A stretch of DNA of 61,804 nucleotides, the filler included, from Basidiobolus ranarum (taxonomy: Eukaryota): the NCBI GenBank assembly GCA_040143965.1. It is 5 parts of 5 records of this genome, joined end to end, with 100 filler letters (N's around TTAATTAATTAA, not from the genome) between each part and the next. Parts side by side here need not be neighbours in the genome. Positions count along the whole stretch, not along the records: positions 37,195 to 49,452 come from JASJQH010000555.1; positions 49,553 to 61,804 come from JASJQH010000556.1; 3 more parts are not named here. One strand, written 5' to 3'. The translations under genes and the position numbers were made by a program. Below, in pieces: positions 38,849 to 52,191 of the stretch (the first letter of the stretch is position 1; every line of letters starts with the position of its first letter). The notes beneath the pieces were generated by a model. The model made no database searches, had not been told where the DNA came from, and saw only the letters and a program-made list of their open reading frames with translations.

Positions 38849-41079
38849 ATGAATCTTATTGAACTAAATCATTCGTCAGTTGCTAAATTCATAAAACTAC
38901 TCCATTGTTCTAATCTTGGGTGTTAGTTGGGAGAATATCAGTCGCATGCAACAGGAAAACATTACTTTCGATGAGGCCATCAAAACACTTCAAAATGCTT
39001 ACAATACCGAATTTTCCCGTAAGTTACAGAATGGAAAACAAAACTACTCTTCTTTGTACTAAAACTTTGATCCAGTCAAAAATAAACTTATTCAAGACCT
39101 GAACTCGAAATTGTTATCCAAAGAACAAACCATCCGTGATTTGACCGTGCGTGTCGAGAATCTAGAGAAAATCCGAAGTATCAATGGCGAAATCAATAGA
39201 GAAAACAATACAAATAACGATAAATTAGGATCTGAAGTAGAAAAAGGAAAATGTATGGAAAATCTTCCTGAAATCCTCACAATGATATTTGAAAGTGTAG
39301 ATTGTATATTTGAAAAGCTCCAATCGCTTCCTTCTACAAGCAAGAAAGGTAGCTCTATGAGTGAGCAAGATCAGTAAGACCTATCTTCTAACACTCATGT
39401 CTATGTGATGAACTATATTAACTGTTATCCATATATGCATGGTAGAATACGAGACGGCCTGGTAAAAATTCAACTTATTTACGACATTCTCGAAAGGGAT
39501 TATCAAAAGTTAGTCAACAAATATGATCACCTATACGTATCCTTCGGACAATTTAAAAAATACCATTTCGCTAAAAAAGCCAGATGGAACGAACTCAAAC
39601 TCCAATTACAGGAGAGGAAAAAACCCCCTCCTGCCTCGAAACCAAGAGAGCAAGAGATTGGTAACTAGCGTTTACAATCAAATTTCAAAGATGATACGAA
39701 TTATTCTCATTAAACTCTTTTCAAATTGCTAGGAATAGATACTCCTAAAAGGAAATCACTGACAAAGATTGTAAACTCCTATGTTCCTGATACAAGCCCC
39801 CACACTGCTAATGACGGCACACACACTACACCGGCTACATTTCCTTACATATACAGCTCAGAAGCCGAAGAAGATAATAACAAAAGCAATCTCCCTACTA
39901 ACTCTGAAGAGCTTTTTACGAAAAAAACACCTCTGGACAATATCGATGAGTCTGCTTTCCACGAATCAACCGTCTATCCCTATACATTACCCATCCCCGA
40001 TGAGTCCACGTCTCAAATCGAAGTTTCCATCGCAATAGATGATGGCAAAGCTAACTCGAACACTGTACATAAAACCAAGAGTTCACTGGATAGAAATAGG
40101 ATACAGGGTTTAGCAAATGCTGATATTAAAATACATCCTCAAACTCTTCACCCAACTCAACATAGACTTACCTCAGATGCAGATTCGGACGCAACTGATT
40201 TAGACGTTTGTGATGATACACAATTAGTAACAGCTGATGAAAACGAACAGATAGGCTCCGAAACGAACCATACAAGCACCTCTATCAATGATACCGAAAA
40301 ACACACATCTTTCAATCAGGACATGGGATCTCCGTTGTTTCTCAACACCTTTGCAGATGATGATATCCATCCGACTCAGATTGTAGAGAATGTCGAAAGC
40401 TCTGATATCATTCCTCAATATACAAATGACTTTGATATTAGCCATTTTTTTAGCTCGTCAAACTCTCAATCAAGGAAACGGAAACTCCTGTCACTAAACA
40501 ATCGTCCAGTGAAGTCATCTCTTGAGAACAATCAAACTCAAGATGCATATAACGGAAGCTCTGATTTTTTGATTACTCGAAATGAGAATGATTCGGAAAA
40601 GTATCAGCAAGCCAAAAAAAAGTCCCCAGAAAAGACCTACAGCAACAGGTACTTTTATATGTTCTTTGAATATTGCGCTTTTTCTAATACACTTTTATCA
40701 CATAGTTCATACAATACTCCAACCCATAGATATATTGAAGTGGTTCGGAATAAAGAACAGAGGAAAAAAATGCATGGGAACGATTGCTCTTGCTGCAAGA
40801 AGGTAACATCCTGATAAAACAACTGTAGTATACATAAGTGAATAACACTCAATGTTGAAATTAAAGTTCTATGAAGTCACTGGATCACTTCCTCTTCCCG
40901 ACGAGTTAGGCCTCCCAAATAACCAAACCGCCTCCACGGAACAGCGAATGAAACGCGTTTCTCGCCATCGTTACGTCTATAAACCCCCAGAAACCCCAGC
41001 CGATTTTTGGGATGTAGATTTCCCAAGTACCCAGGCTATAGAGAAAGCCAGAAAGTCATCTGGGCGAAAATCGAAGTGA
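38849..41079 (+). CDS. SAE2: DNA end-resection factor SAE2/CtIP/Ctp1 (multi-exon; start inferred)
   Basis: N-terminal coiled coil, long disordered middle, C-terminal 'EVVRNKEQRKKMHGNDCSCCKK|FY...SRHRYVYKPPETPADFWDVDFPST' (CxxC and RHR motifs). Confidence 0.88.
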
Positions 41080-43758
41080 TTGCTGTTTATACCTCGATCT
41101 AGCCTTGCGGAACGGTCGCACTCTGTGGTGACCTAAAATACGACGGGGGTTAGGTCCTTCATGAGGGTTTAGTGAATTCATAATCCTGAATATTGATTTT
41201 TCGAAACTTTTGTAATAATTTAGGAATAATGAGTTGAACCAAATTTGTAAAAATCAAAACATCTAATATTAACGATGGAACCGATTAAAAATAACCCTTC
41301 AGTACACATGTACAAGTAAAGCTTTACCAATTCAAAGTATGTTTGAGATAACATCTGACTCAGTTTATCACTGGTAGTACTGCAACATGGGATGTACAGT
41401 GACAGAAGTATGACTACTTCTAGAGCTGTATATCTGATCAACTCTAAACTCACCCTGAACTATTGTTGACTAGTAAATTTCACTAGCTATAGATATGTAT
41501 GTGCCTATCTGGATCAGCAGAGGTGCTGACTCTTGGTGGCACTAGTATGAATAAGATGTATTTCCACTAATTTCTATAGATTGAGCTAATTTTCATAGAA
41601 ATGCAGATTCTGCATAAGCAGTGTCAACATTCAAGTCAGTTATGTTACAGCAAATCCATATCACTAAATACTTGAAGAGAAGCAATTGAAGTATTGAAAA
41701 GGTAAGCGATTGGGAAACAGGTAATTCATCGCGTGTATTAGTTGAGATTGGTACAGCTATTTTAAACAGGCAAAGCTCATCTATGCTTCCATCAGTTAAT
41801 CCATGCTACATTTATGGCAAGTATTTGGATCATACAACACTAAACTTATTTTAACGAGATAGAATCTAATGTATATTATTTTGTGCTGTATCTCAAGTAA
41901 ATTAGGTGAACTCAGGCTAAGTTTTTTATCGCATTGTCCCTGAATCGTTTAACGATTATCTCCACTTCTCCCCACCACCCTGTCTCGAGTAAGCACACGC
42001 AATACGAAGACATTCAAAGTCAGCCTCATGTGGCTAATTCAGGTTCCACAATAAGAATAGGCTTGTGTCCTCCAGTTCCGAAACAAATGATTGTTTGAAG
42101 AGTTTACTAGTAAGAAACCATTCAAACCCACTACTACTTAGGCAACGGTTGGTTGTGTATGTACTAACCAACTCCAAAGCCCAAACTAGAATAGATCTTC
42201 GGAACGATTCGTAATTTGGCTGAATCTGAGCTAATCATTTGCTTACAAATAGGATGCCATGAAAGAATGCTTACTGGATTAGAGTGTCCTGGCAACTAGA
42301 ACTATTGATTCATCAGATTGGAGCTGACTCATTCTAACCCTTACTATACTTGCTTCAGGTTACAAATGGAGCACTATTCATGATCAATGGATAACCATCA
42401 GCGCATCGCTAACAAAAACTAGCTGGTCATTACACTCGATAATACTTTGAGCCAATTGTGAAAGGAAACAAGTACTTTTGTCTTCTGTAGTAGAGGTATT
42501 ATTAACATAACCCCAAGTGACACGTAGAGAGACAGGATGTTTCAAGCGCTCGTAGTAGGTTATTGCGAGTTCCAGGGAGTTGATCCGACTAATTCCGATC
42601 ATGACCAAATTCAGCTTGAGGCTACGGGACTCTGATATACAGAAGTAATGTCAGGTTCGGTGCAGATTTGTGACTTGCCAGTTCCCCATTTGCTCCCCAA
42701 AAACGATTGGAAATTGACATCATTTTTAATATAGCTCTAGTGAATTATGTATATATTGGTTACGGCTATATTGATAGTATAGCAATAGTAACTATCATAA
42801 GACACCTTGCCAACTCCAAATGACTAGCCACTAAGGAAGAAATATGTAAAGAACTTGCAATTTATACCAAAGAAGGGCTGTCTCATAGGAGTCGGATGAA
42901 CTCGGGTCTCCTCATGCTTTAAAATTGATAGAGTGATCTAAAGTTGACTTGGCTCAACATATCGCCTGAGACTGATCTGTAGTAGAACAAAGGTTCGATG
43001 GAGCAGATTGATTTTGAAATATCCTGCTGCAAAGGACTTAGCAATAGCGTAGTGTTCGGTGATATTATGTTTTGTGCAGGTTGGCTACCAGTTCATTGCA
43101 TGATGTGTATCCTAACTAGTGTTAAGGTGGGGCTTTTCATTGCACCAGGGAACCAAGATTTACCATGTCGGTGATTCCCGGAATTAGAGCATATTGACAA
43201 ACAGTCGTGGCCTCACTTTAAGGGATGGTATGGATCAACGGAGTCCAAACTCCAAGCTCCTTACTTGCATTGTCATACGCTCAGGAGGTATTTTCAGACG
43301 AATAACACTTTGGAATGCATGACTCGTGCCACATCCAGAAAACAGATGCTCGTCGAATATTGATATCACCAGTCTGCCCCTATTGACATTAGCCACACTT
43401 AGTAAGTAATAAAATTGGATTTACATCGTTTTAATGAGGTGCCCGCTGAATAATTAGCATTCGGAATAAATACCTATCACCCAATAAAAGGGGAGCAGAG
43501 ACGAAAAGGTGGGGAGAAAAGCCGGAAAATGCATTTGATCGTAGCAATTCCACCAATACAGTCAGCCAAGAAATCATTGGAAGTGTGTTTAAGACTTAAT
43601 TTAGTAAAACTCCCTTCTATATCACGAACCTGTCCCCAATGTGTATCCGACACCCCATCTGAGTTGAACTGATTTACCGACAATAAATATCACAGTCCCA
43701 TCGCTAGGAAGTATTGCCTTCTCTCTTGCCTATCGCCTTTCCTCTTTTAATTGCCACC

Positions 43759-44712
43759 ATGTCTATTGCACCTAAGTTTGTTGCTGCTTCTGTTATCGAG
43801 GCTGAGAAGCCTACTGGCGCTAATTTGTATGCTCGCTTTGCCTTTGCGGGTGCCGTCTGCTGTGGTGTAACCCATGGTGCTCTCACTCCTGTAGATGTTG
43901 TCAAGACTCGAATCCAACTTGAGCCCACTGTGTACAACAAAGGCATGATCACTGGTTTCCGTCAAATCCTCAAGAATGAAGGTGCCGGTGCCCTCTTAAC
44001 TGGCTTTGGCCCTACCTTCTCTGGTTATTTCCTTCAAGGAGCGCTGAAATTTGGTGGTTATGAGTTCTGGAAGAAGACTTTCATTGATCTTGTTGGTATT
44101 GATGCCGCTTCTAACAACCGTACTGCTATCTACCTTGCGTCGGCAGGTATCGCTGAATTCTTCGCAGATATCGCACTATGCCCATTGGAAGCTACTCGTA
44201 TTCGTCTTGTTTCTCAGCCCTCATTTGCTACTGGTCTTGTCTCTGGATTCTCTAGACTTTTGAAAGAAGAAGGTGTCGCTCGTGGTTTCTACTCTGGTTT
44301 TGGCCCCATTTGCTTCAAGCAAATTCCTTACACCATGGCTAAGTTTGTTGTTTACGAACGTGCTGCTGAAGCTATTTACAAGAGCCTTGGAACTCCCAAG
44401 GAACAATTGAGTGCCGGTACACAAACTGGTGTCAATCTTACCTCTGGTCTTATTGCTGGTATCTGCGCTGCCATCGTATCTCAACCCGCTGATACCCTTC
44501 TTTCCAAGATTAACAAGCAAAAGGGAGCTGAGGGATCCGTCACTAGCCGTTTGATCGGATTATCTAAGGAACTAGGTGTCAAGGGACTCTTCATTGGTCT
44601 TGGCCCTCGTATTGTTATGGTTGGTGCATTGACATCCTTCCAATTTGCTATTTACGGTGACATTAAGAGAGTCCTTGGTGCTACTGGTGGTGTGGAAATT
44701 GCTAAGAACTAA
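43759..44712 (+). CDS. MIR1: Mitochondrial phosphate carrier, intronless
   Basis: '[26 protein letters not shown]', '[23 protein letters not shown]', '[10 protein letters not shown]'. Confidence 0.95.
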   Translation: MSIAPKFVAASVIEAEKPTGANLYARFAFAGAVCCGVTHGALTPVDVVKTRIQLEPTVYNKGMITGFRQILKNEGAGALLTGFGPTFSGYFLQGALKFGGYEFWKKTFIDLVGIDAASNNRTAIYLASAGIAEFFADIALCPLEATRIRLVSQPSFATGLVSGFSRLLKEEGVARGFYSGFGPICFKQIPYTMAKFVVYERAAEAIYKSLGTPKEQLSAGTQTGVNLTSGLIAGICAAIVSQPADTLLSKINKQKGAEGSVTSRLIGLSKELGVKGLFIGLGPRIVMVGALTSFQFAIYGDIKRVLGATGGVEIAKN

Positions 44713-45096
44713 AGGGATTTACATACTCATATGCATTGGCTTGTACAATTATTATACATTACGCAGTTAACAACACGCGCACTACCTTCACACAAAATTA
44801 GGATCCCCCAACTTTTTTTGTAGAAATTATATACCATGTTTATTATTAAGTAATCTACAATAAATCCGTAAATCATATTAGTTAACAAAAAGAATCCCTC
44901 TAATATAATACTAGTCCAAGGTCCCGCAGGGAGTGGGGTAGGGTAGCTAGTACATGGTGGTGGGGTTCATCACCCAAATTAGAATATACCAGTATGATTA
45001 GACAATCGGTTTAATGTGATAAAGTTTACATAATACAAGTTAACTGTCAGTATCGATATACGTACAAAGAAAGAAGCAGGTAAAGTTTGAACCAAT

Positions 45097-45536
45097 TTAC
45101 TCTGGTTTTTTCATACTCACTAAAATGTGAATGGCCGAATTTGTTCGTACGTTAGTTTTGAGATCTTCCTCCTATAAAAATGAAAAAGGCACCGTTTGTA
45201 AACTTGAAAATACCAACATTCAATAACAGTGAAAATATAAATATATACCTCATCCTCAGGGATAATGTCATCCACCAATTTCACACTGGATGTGGTCGTT
45301 TCTAATACTACCTGATCATGTAAAACCTCTTTTAAGGTAGTGGCTAGCAAAATGGCTTTGCCTAAGGCTTTACCTAGACCGTGGATAGTTACGGTGGATA
45401 CCCGTTTTTCTAATAATAGGACTTTTATGCGCTGCAATTGAGAACCGAACGACTGCTTACTCGATACATATATGTCGGTGTTTAACGTAGCTGGACGTTG
45501 TGGGGTTCTCTTGTGTAGTGTGTAGGGTTTGGACAT
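45097..45536 (-). CDS. POP7: RNase P/MRP subunit Pop7/Rpp20 (Alba fold), 2 exons
   Basis: 'KRTPQRP...DIYVSSK..F.SQLQRIKVLL...VTIHGLGKALGKAI...TTSSVKLVDDIIPEDE|EEDLKTNVRTNSAIHI'. Confidence 0.85.
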
Positions 45537-45989
45537 GACTTGTCGTTAAAATGTACTATACAATGTAATGATATTATCTCTTCATCGACTTATATATCCT
45601 AACAAACTAGAAACGATTTTTTTTCGTTGCAAATTTATACACGTAGTCGGAATTGAGTATCATTCAAGCTAGATCAGATCATTGTATGATCCAATGAATA
45701 TGGATCAGTATACACTTTCATTTGATCCTGTATACGCGAAAAATTTTGTTGGTGAGTACAGTTGGTGTGTGTAGAGGCGCAGACACGATTTGAATCGAAA
45801 ACTGGCTGCAAGATAATTTTACAAGTCATAGAGTATAATGAGAAATGATAATTGAGGTCAGCTTGCACATAAGTAAAGGTGAATGAATTCGAACCCTCCT
45901 TTAGATATGTACGGTTGACATCTCAATAAAGGCTTTTATTGTGTCGGTTTATTTTCTATGAGTGAAGTTGGGTTGAAGGTAAGTCAAGC

Positions 45990-46193
45990 TTAGATTTTGA
46001 AGCCATGACTACGAAGACATTCCTTATGTGCTTCAATGAATTTTGAACAGTTCTCTTCTCCATTATCAAATACACATTGGTCGCGAGCTTTTTTGGTCTC
46101 TGGGCAAGCACAGCATGGCTTTAACTTCTTCTCCTCCTGTGGTGCGACGGGAGTGGTGTTTGTGGGCTGGGCGGGTTGACTTTCGAGGGACAT
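45990..46193 (-). CDS. COX17: Cytochrome c oxidase copper chaperone COX17
   Basis: '[46 protein letters not shown]' (CCxC plus twin CX9C). Confidence 0.95.
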   Translation of the reverse strand: MSLESQPAQPTNTTPVAPQEEKKLKPCCACPETKKARDQCVFDNGEENCSKFIEAHKECLRSHGFKI

Positions 46194-47831
46194 ATTTCTG
46201 AGTAGGTGATGTTTTAAGGAACAAAAAAAATCGAAAGACAAACTATTAACTGTAACTGGAAGAGTTGCGTAAAGAGTGAGAATTTTGTCGAAAGTTCAGT
46301 GAGTGATTTCTTTTTAAACTATTTCTATTTAAATGGCTACCCCAATTCATTTCAGTGCATGCCATTTCAAATCATTACCCTCGCTTCCACCCCTTTGATT
46401 GAGTTGGATTATTAATGGCGATTTCGATCAGGTGAGTGGCTCAGTATCTCGAAGGATCTCCGCAGCAGTAATGGTTGCCATTTTCTTCCGAAGGAGACTT
46501 AAGGCTACCGGAATAGTCACCATGTAATACAGCCAGTCCAGCACAGTGTCCATGGATTCCTCAAACGATGTTTGATTCCGCCAGATTGCATGTCTTATAG
46601 GGCCGTCAAGCACATCATCTGGATGGCGATTAGCAAAGAAAATCAGTTGGTTGGGAGGTGATTTTTCAGAGTTGTGCAAGTGGAATGGGGAGGATAAAGT
46701 TTCCTATTATATATGACAAAAGATGTTCCAAGTGGCAGGATATACCAACTTACCCTAAATATTGAGCTTTTCTGCGACCTCCGAAGTACTGAATCCGGTC
46801 CTTTTGGTCAGCAATCGATATCGAGAAGGGCATGATCCTGGTCCTATTTGGGCCGTTGGAGACTGCCGGCATGGCTTCCGAAACTTCCCCGAGTCGTATG
46901 GATTTGGATATTGATTTGAATGTTACCACTGCAGGTGTTATGCTTCGGTGTAAATAAGATCTAGTCTTGACTATTGGTTTTCTTAGTTAGAACCGTATGC
47001 TCATGGCATTTCGGTGAATAAAAACACTCATTGTACATGAGATACAACTCGGATCTAAACAATAAGTTAAATCAGATACATGAAGTAATTCCTTCGCCAA
47101 TACGGATAGTGTGTAAAGTAAGTCCTATTGGATAGAAGGTAACTTGTGTTCTCTACTATGTAGGTATGATTACTATAGATGTCATAAGCATTGCTGTTAG
47201 TATTTGGGATCAATCGAGTTTAGAATAACTATAAGAAATATGCGAAATGTATTGTTTATTGAATAGAAATAGGTACTTGTACTGGTAAAAAACAAATATA
47301 ATATATTCAAGATACTAGGGATGTTGTGGGAAACCCGTTTGAAGACTTTTGGACAAGTTTGGGAATTCTGTCTTTTCACAATGTTTCTGCGATAAAACCA
47401 AGCATATGCTTTGATTTTGACTTTAAATATTCAAGTGATAGACAATGATACAAATGATATATAAATATTGAGGTGCCTAACTCTAATATGCCAACAACCG
47501 TGATATATTGAAAATATGCTCCAGTGAAGCATCGTTAAATACAGTTTATTACCAGTGACTTGATATTTTTTGATGCTAATAGAACTAGGAGTTGCATACT
47601 CAGAATACTAAGGAAGGCAACCTTTATTAGTTGCTACATATCGAGTGTTACATTTTTCATCATTTCTTGGCAAATTTTTGATTTCAGATCCCCAACCTGT
47701 CATGCTGTTCTAAGACAGTGCTTCAAAAATCCTTACTGTAATAGATCATCATTTAATATGTGAATATATTAAGTTGATAGTGAAAAAATATAGGCAGTAT
47801 TTCCTATTGACAACAAGATGGAGTAAGATGA

Positions 47832-47959
47832 TAAGTTGGTAAAAAATTCAAAGTAAATTCTGATTGAGAATAATGGGTAATATCTTGGTGAAATATGGGA
47901 TAACTAAGTACTAAGTTATATATGACTATATAGGTGTTAAGGCAATGCTAATTTCTACA
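47832..47959 (-). mobile_element. 5' fragment (about 128 bp) of the LTR family
   Basis: Matches 30232-30360 and is the reverse complement of about 48168-48295. Confidence 0.85.
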
Positions 47960-48167
47960 AAAATAGCATTTATAAAATAATAATTTCAATTTCAAGATAG
48001 GTTCTAAAACTACCATCTATTAATTTGCAATATCAGAGACAGATGCAGGTGGAGAAAAGCTATAACTTCAAGGAACTGAGGGTACATGCTGAGATTTGAT
48101 CTCCAAAGGTGCTTTGAGATGTTTATTGTCAGCCCAATAGAGTGGATGGTCAGTATTGGGTAAATAT

Positions 48168-48515
48168 TGTTGAAATTAGCATTGTCTAAACACCTATATA
48201 GTCATATATAACTTAGTACTTTGTTATCTTATAGTTCACTAAGATATTATCAATTATTCTCAATCGGAATTTACTTGGAATATTTTTACCAACTTAGAAG
48301 TTCTCAGATATATAGATTTTTCAAACTTGTGCTAGAGGCCCCAAACTCTGCACACACGTTCCTGGGACCTTCCTGAACACATTCTACACGTTAGTTTGTC
48401 TACATGTTGACAAAACTATAAATGTCAACTTTCTACTCAATAAATCAATAAGTGAAAACCACCAATTCCTCTAATTCTCCAAACCACTTCCAACAGGCTC
48501 CCAAATACTTTAACA
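48168..48515 (+). mobile_element. Solo LTR (348 bp) with 5-bp TSD AATAT
   Basis: TGTTGAAA...CTTTAACA; AATAT at both 48163-48167 and 48516-48520; internal TATAAAT followed by AATAAA suggests the sense orientation. Confidence 0.92.
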
Positions 48516-49452
48516 AATATTACTCCATATACCAATAAATCCATGATTGTGAGAAGTAGCCTGAATACAATGTATTCAATAGTTATTGAAAGTATTTTTA
48601 CATAGTAACTCATATTAAAATATTACTATAAATTAGTACAGTCTATACTCTTAAAGTATGGACTTGGCTACAGAAAGAGAATGACAAAACTCTCTAGGAT
48701 AGATATGATTTTGAAAGTATTGAGAATTCGTGTGTATTGATAGTCCTGTAAACTATCGTAGCTTGTGGTTGAAGCTGTTTGAAAATGCTGATTGTACCAG
48801 TAGGAGTTAAGTTGAACATATAAACTACTAAGGTTATAGTTGTTTTGATGACTTTGATAGAATGAAGGATCATTCAACGTTATACAGAACGGAATTCTGG
48901 GCTCGTTCGGCGAAGACGAATAATTGTTAGTCATCGATCGTTTTAAATCATAGTATTTCAAAAATTTCGATAATACAACCTATATGCTTTAAACCATTCT
49001 AAACTAAATAATATCTGAACCAGGTACATTTAAGTATCAATTGTACCATTCCAATATTAAGGATATATTTGGTGTATTTAAAATTGTCGAGTTAATTTAA
49101 GTGCAGTGTTGGCTACTCATTGATATAACATTTCTAAGTATTATTTTTCAATGTGAGGTACACACTTCTCATCGCCATTACATACACACACTTTATCTTT
49201 TCAGCTTATACAAGTACTAATATTATATGTTTGGTGGATGTATTATTTGATTCAACATGGTGGAAATATTATAAGCAGCATAGAATAATGGGATGTTACT
49301 CATATCAAGATACCACCAAGCTGGTAGGAATTGATACTCCAATTCTGGAGATTAGGGTTCATTCGACTATTATCCACTAGAAAGAAGTCATGGTGTTACT
49401 TTATGAGTGATAACTAAAGAAAAATTCTTTTATCTTACCTGTAAGATACAGC

Positions 49453-49552
49453 NNNNNNNNNNNNNNNNNNNNNNNNNNNNNNNNNNNNNNNNNNNNTTAA
49501 TTAATTAANNNNNNNNNNNNNNNNNNNNNNNNNNNNNNNNNNNNNNNNNNNN
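49453..49552. other. Artificial contig linker
   Basis: N44-TTAATTAATTAA-N44. Confidence 0.99.
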
Positions 49553-50320
49553 TCAGATCCTTCGCATGATTCCACGTAATTGGTGCACAACACACACTAC
49601 TGCTCTGGAGGCTAATCACCAAACTCGATTATTAACAGCAGTCTTGTTACCTGGGATTACGCTGAATGCCCAGTACACTTTGGCTGTTGCAGTATAGTTC
49701 GGCGATCTATTATTTAGATCTGAATCGAGAAACTTGACTGGTCAACAATGGCACTCCTATTTTTCTCGGGAGTCAGTTAATTTTCAGCAGATTTAATTGG
49801 TAAAAAGCTCTTTCGGAATAGCGGATGATCACCATGTGAAAAGAGTACAAGGACATAAGACCACCGCAACACATCAACTTCAATCAAGAGATTGATCTAA
49901 CTGAAGGTTTGTCAACGAGTGTCAATTAACCTTTGACAATACACACACTAGTATATTCTGAAACTGACTTTATGATAACAAGTATTGACCCAAATAGTTT
50001 AGCCAAGTAGTACGATTATTAAGCACGTAATGGCGACTCTGCGCTCTCCTAAACTTTAACTGCTAAATCCTGTAGATCTGTGAGTAAATCCATATAACCC
50101 TGCTTGTTTAAGGATGTAAATTTCTGAATAAAATACATTTGCGCTTGAAGGCTGCATAGACTCCTTTGTTTTAATCTTAGGAACATCACCACCACATCCA
50201 TAATAATTAAGAAGTACTATACTCTGTCAAAATTCATATATACTCAGGACAGTCTTTTTAGTATTTAACTGGGCTGCCACGACAATAATAAAGTCACTTG
50301 ATTCACATAGACAGTAGACA

Positions 50321-51695
50321 ATGAGAAGTATCAAAGTTAGTTCCCTTTATACCAATTGTTATTCATTCAGGATACTAGCTAACAAGTTGCCTCCAATAGA
50401 TTGACTTCGTAAGCCTACTATTCCTCTTGACAGGAGTATCAGCTATTTGTAAAAATTTCGGCGCCAACTGCCCCGAAAACGCCCCTTGCTGCCTACAAGG
50501 ATGGTGTAGCAATGATTCTAGATATTGCGCGGTAGGATGTGAGCCAGAGAATTCCTTTAAACCCGCGAGTTGTTACCCGCAACCCAAATGTGTAAGCTTC
50601 AAAGAAGAGTTTAACCAACCGAAGATCGCCACCCTCTCCAACTTTACTGGTGATCCAACGGTGGCGGACTGGACTAGTGACTTTTTACCTGATCATAGTA
50701 CCATCGAAAATGGAAACTTAATTCTGAATATGCCACTTGGTCAACAAAACAACGAATTCGGTAGAGTACAGGGATTTGGTGCTACCGTTTCTTCAGTCAG
50801 GTAACTATCTTCGGCCCTTCTCCAAAACTCAATCACTCTATAACTAAGCATGTTTCATCTTAATTAGATGGTTAGACTATGGCGTGGTAAATGCCAGAAT
50901 CAAAACTGCATCTACTTCACCAGGAATCGTGTCTTCCTTTATCGTAAGTACCAAGTAGATATCTTTTCTTGCTTTAACATCCCAACTAACTTATTGACAT
51001 AGACTCGAAACTTATTTGGTGACGAGATCGACTTTGAATGGGTTGGAAAGAATTCTCGGGAAATTCAACAGAACTTTTACTACAATAATGTTTTGAACTA
51101 CACAAACGCTAGGTTTTCAGTAATAGAAGCTGATACCTCGGCTGATTACCATATTTACACCATTGACTGGCAGCCTGATTATATAAGGTGAGATACTAAA
51201 ATCATATGAGTCCACGTTAGGTTTAGTCACTAACCCCTAAATGAAATCTAAAGATGGTCGGTGGACGGTCAAGAACTTCGCACAGTGAACAGACAAGACA
51301 CATGGGACCCAGAACTCAAAGCATTCAAGTTCCCATATCGTCCACAACGTGTTCAATTCAGTATTTGGGATGCCGGTCAAGCTTCTGATGGAACTTCTGA
51401 GTGGGCAGGCGGAAGGACAGATTGGTCTGACGCTAACCGTGTCTACAAAATGTATATAGACTGGGTGGATGTCCAATGTAAATATAGTGGCAACGAGACT
51501 GCTCCATGGCCCGGACCTGGTTATGATAAGCCTACCATTAATCCCAACGCCACTGTCCCGCACACGGATATGCCTGGTAGTAATAGACATGATGATGGCT
51601 TATCAAAGCCCTCTGCTGCTGACCGGATAGCAACTTCAATACTCTCTCCCTATACACTGTTTCTGATCTTCACCCTGATGCTTTCCTATTATTGA
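50321..51695 (+). CDS. GH16 Crh/Utr2-type chitin transglycosylase with N-terminal Cys-rich chitin-binding module, probably GPI-anchored (5 exons)
   Basis: 'CPENAPCCLQGWCS...CAVGCEPENSFKPASCYPQPKC', catalytic 'GDEIDFEWVG', 'YHIYTIDWQPD', 'VQFSIWDAG...GTSEWAGG'; hydrophobic C-terminus. Confidence 0.9.
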
Positions 51696-52191
51696 AGAAT
51701 CTATACTTACTACTTGTCTTTGGCTTTCTCTGAGCATCCATCCAATAATAATAATAATAAATCTTCATCTTACTCTCTGTATTGACATCTATCTATAAGA
51801 CAAACCAAATCAGGTGTCTTATGAGAATGTGAATCACATTATCAATAATAAACTCACTTGATTTGTATGAATGCAGAAAGCTGAATTATATGGAATATTT
51901 AGATAAGCTTCACTATATATACATATATATATACATACATTATCAACGAGTAAGATTTGTTTTAAGTAGCATTCGTGGCATAAAATTAGCCAAAGGATGG
52001 GAATCAATCTGCATTCAATGCTATGTAAAAAGTGACAAATCAGATGCGTTTTCGTCAACTTGAATAGTATCCAACGTAACTCAATGCTCAACTCCTATAA
52101 TTTGACAACTTTTTGTTGATTTCATATTATAATCACTCAATCGTAGTATATATTACTGCAACTTTCCCTTATACTTGGTACAAACACTTCA

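Noticed and set aside
41101-41215. Possible U4 snRNA (starts AGCCTTGCG, later GAAACTTTT) or another structured RNA after SAE2
   Set aside because: The spacing is wrong, the U6-pairing stem I sequence is missing and stem II complementarity is poor. Only a short GACCTAA/TTAGGTC hairpin in the 3'UTR is supportable.
42384-42608. 'WGYVNNT' as a mutated reverse-transcriptase YVDD motif
   Set aside because: No other RT motifs could be found in the neighbouring frames.
44928-44965. G-rich tract between MIR1 and POP7 as a G-quadruplex
   Set aside because: The G-runs are irregular with a long third loop, and nothing else supports a function.
45860-45925. GGTTCGAAT (minus strand) as a tRNA T-loop
   Set aside because: No acceptor, D or anticodon stems can be formed.
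12333-49552. Four regularly spaced TTAATTAATTAA palindromes within N runs, and the ORFs running into them (36949-37146, 37143-37364)
   Set aside because: They are artificial six-frame-stop linkers joining size-sorted contigs. Adjacency across them has no biological meaning.
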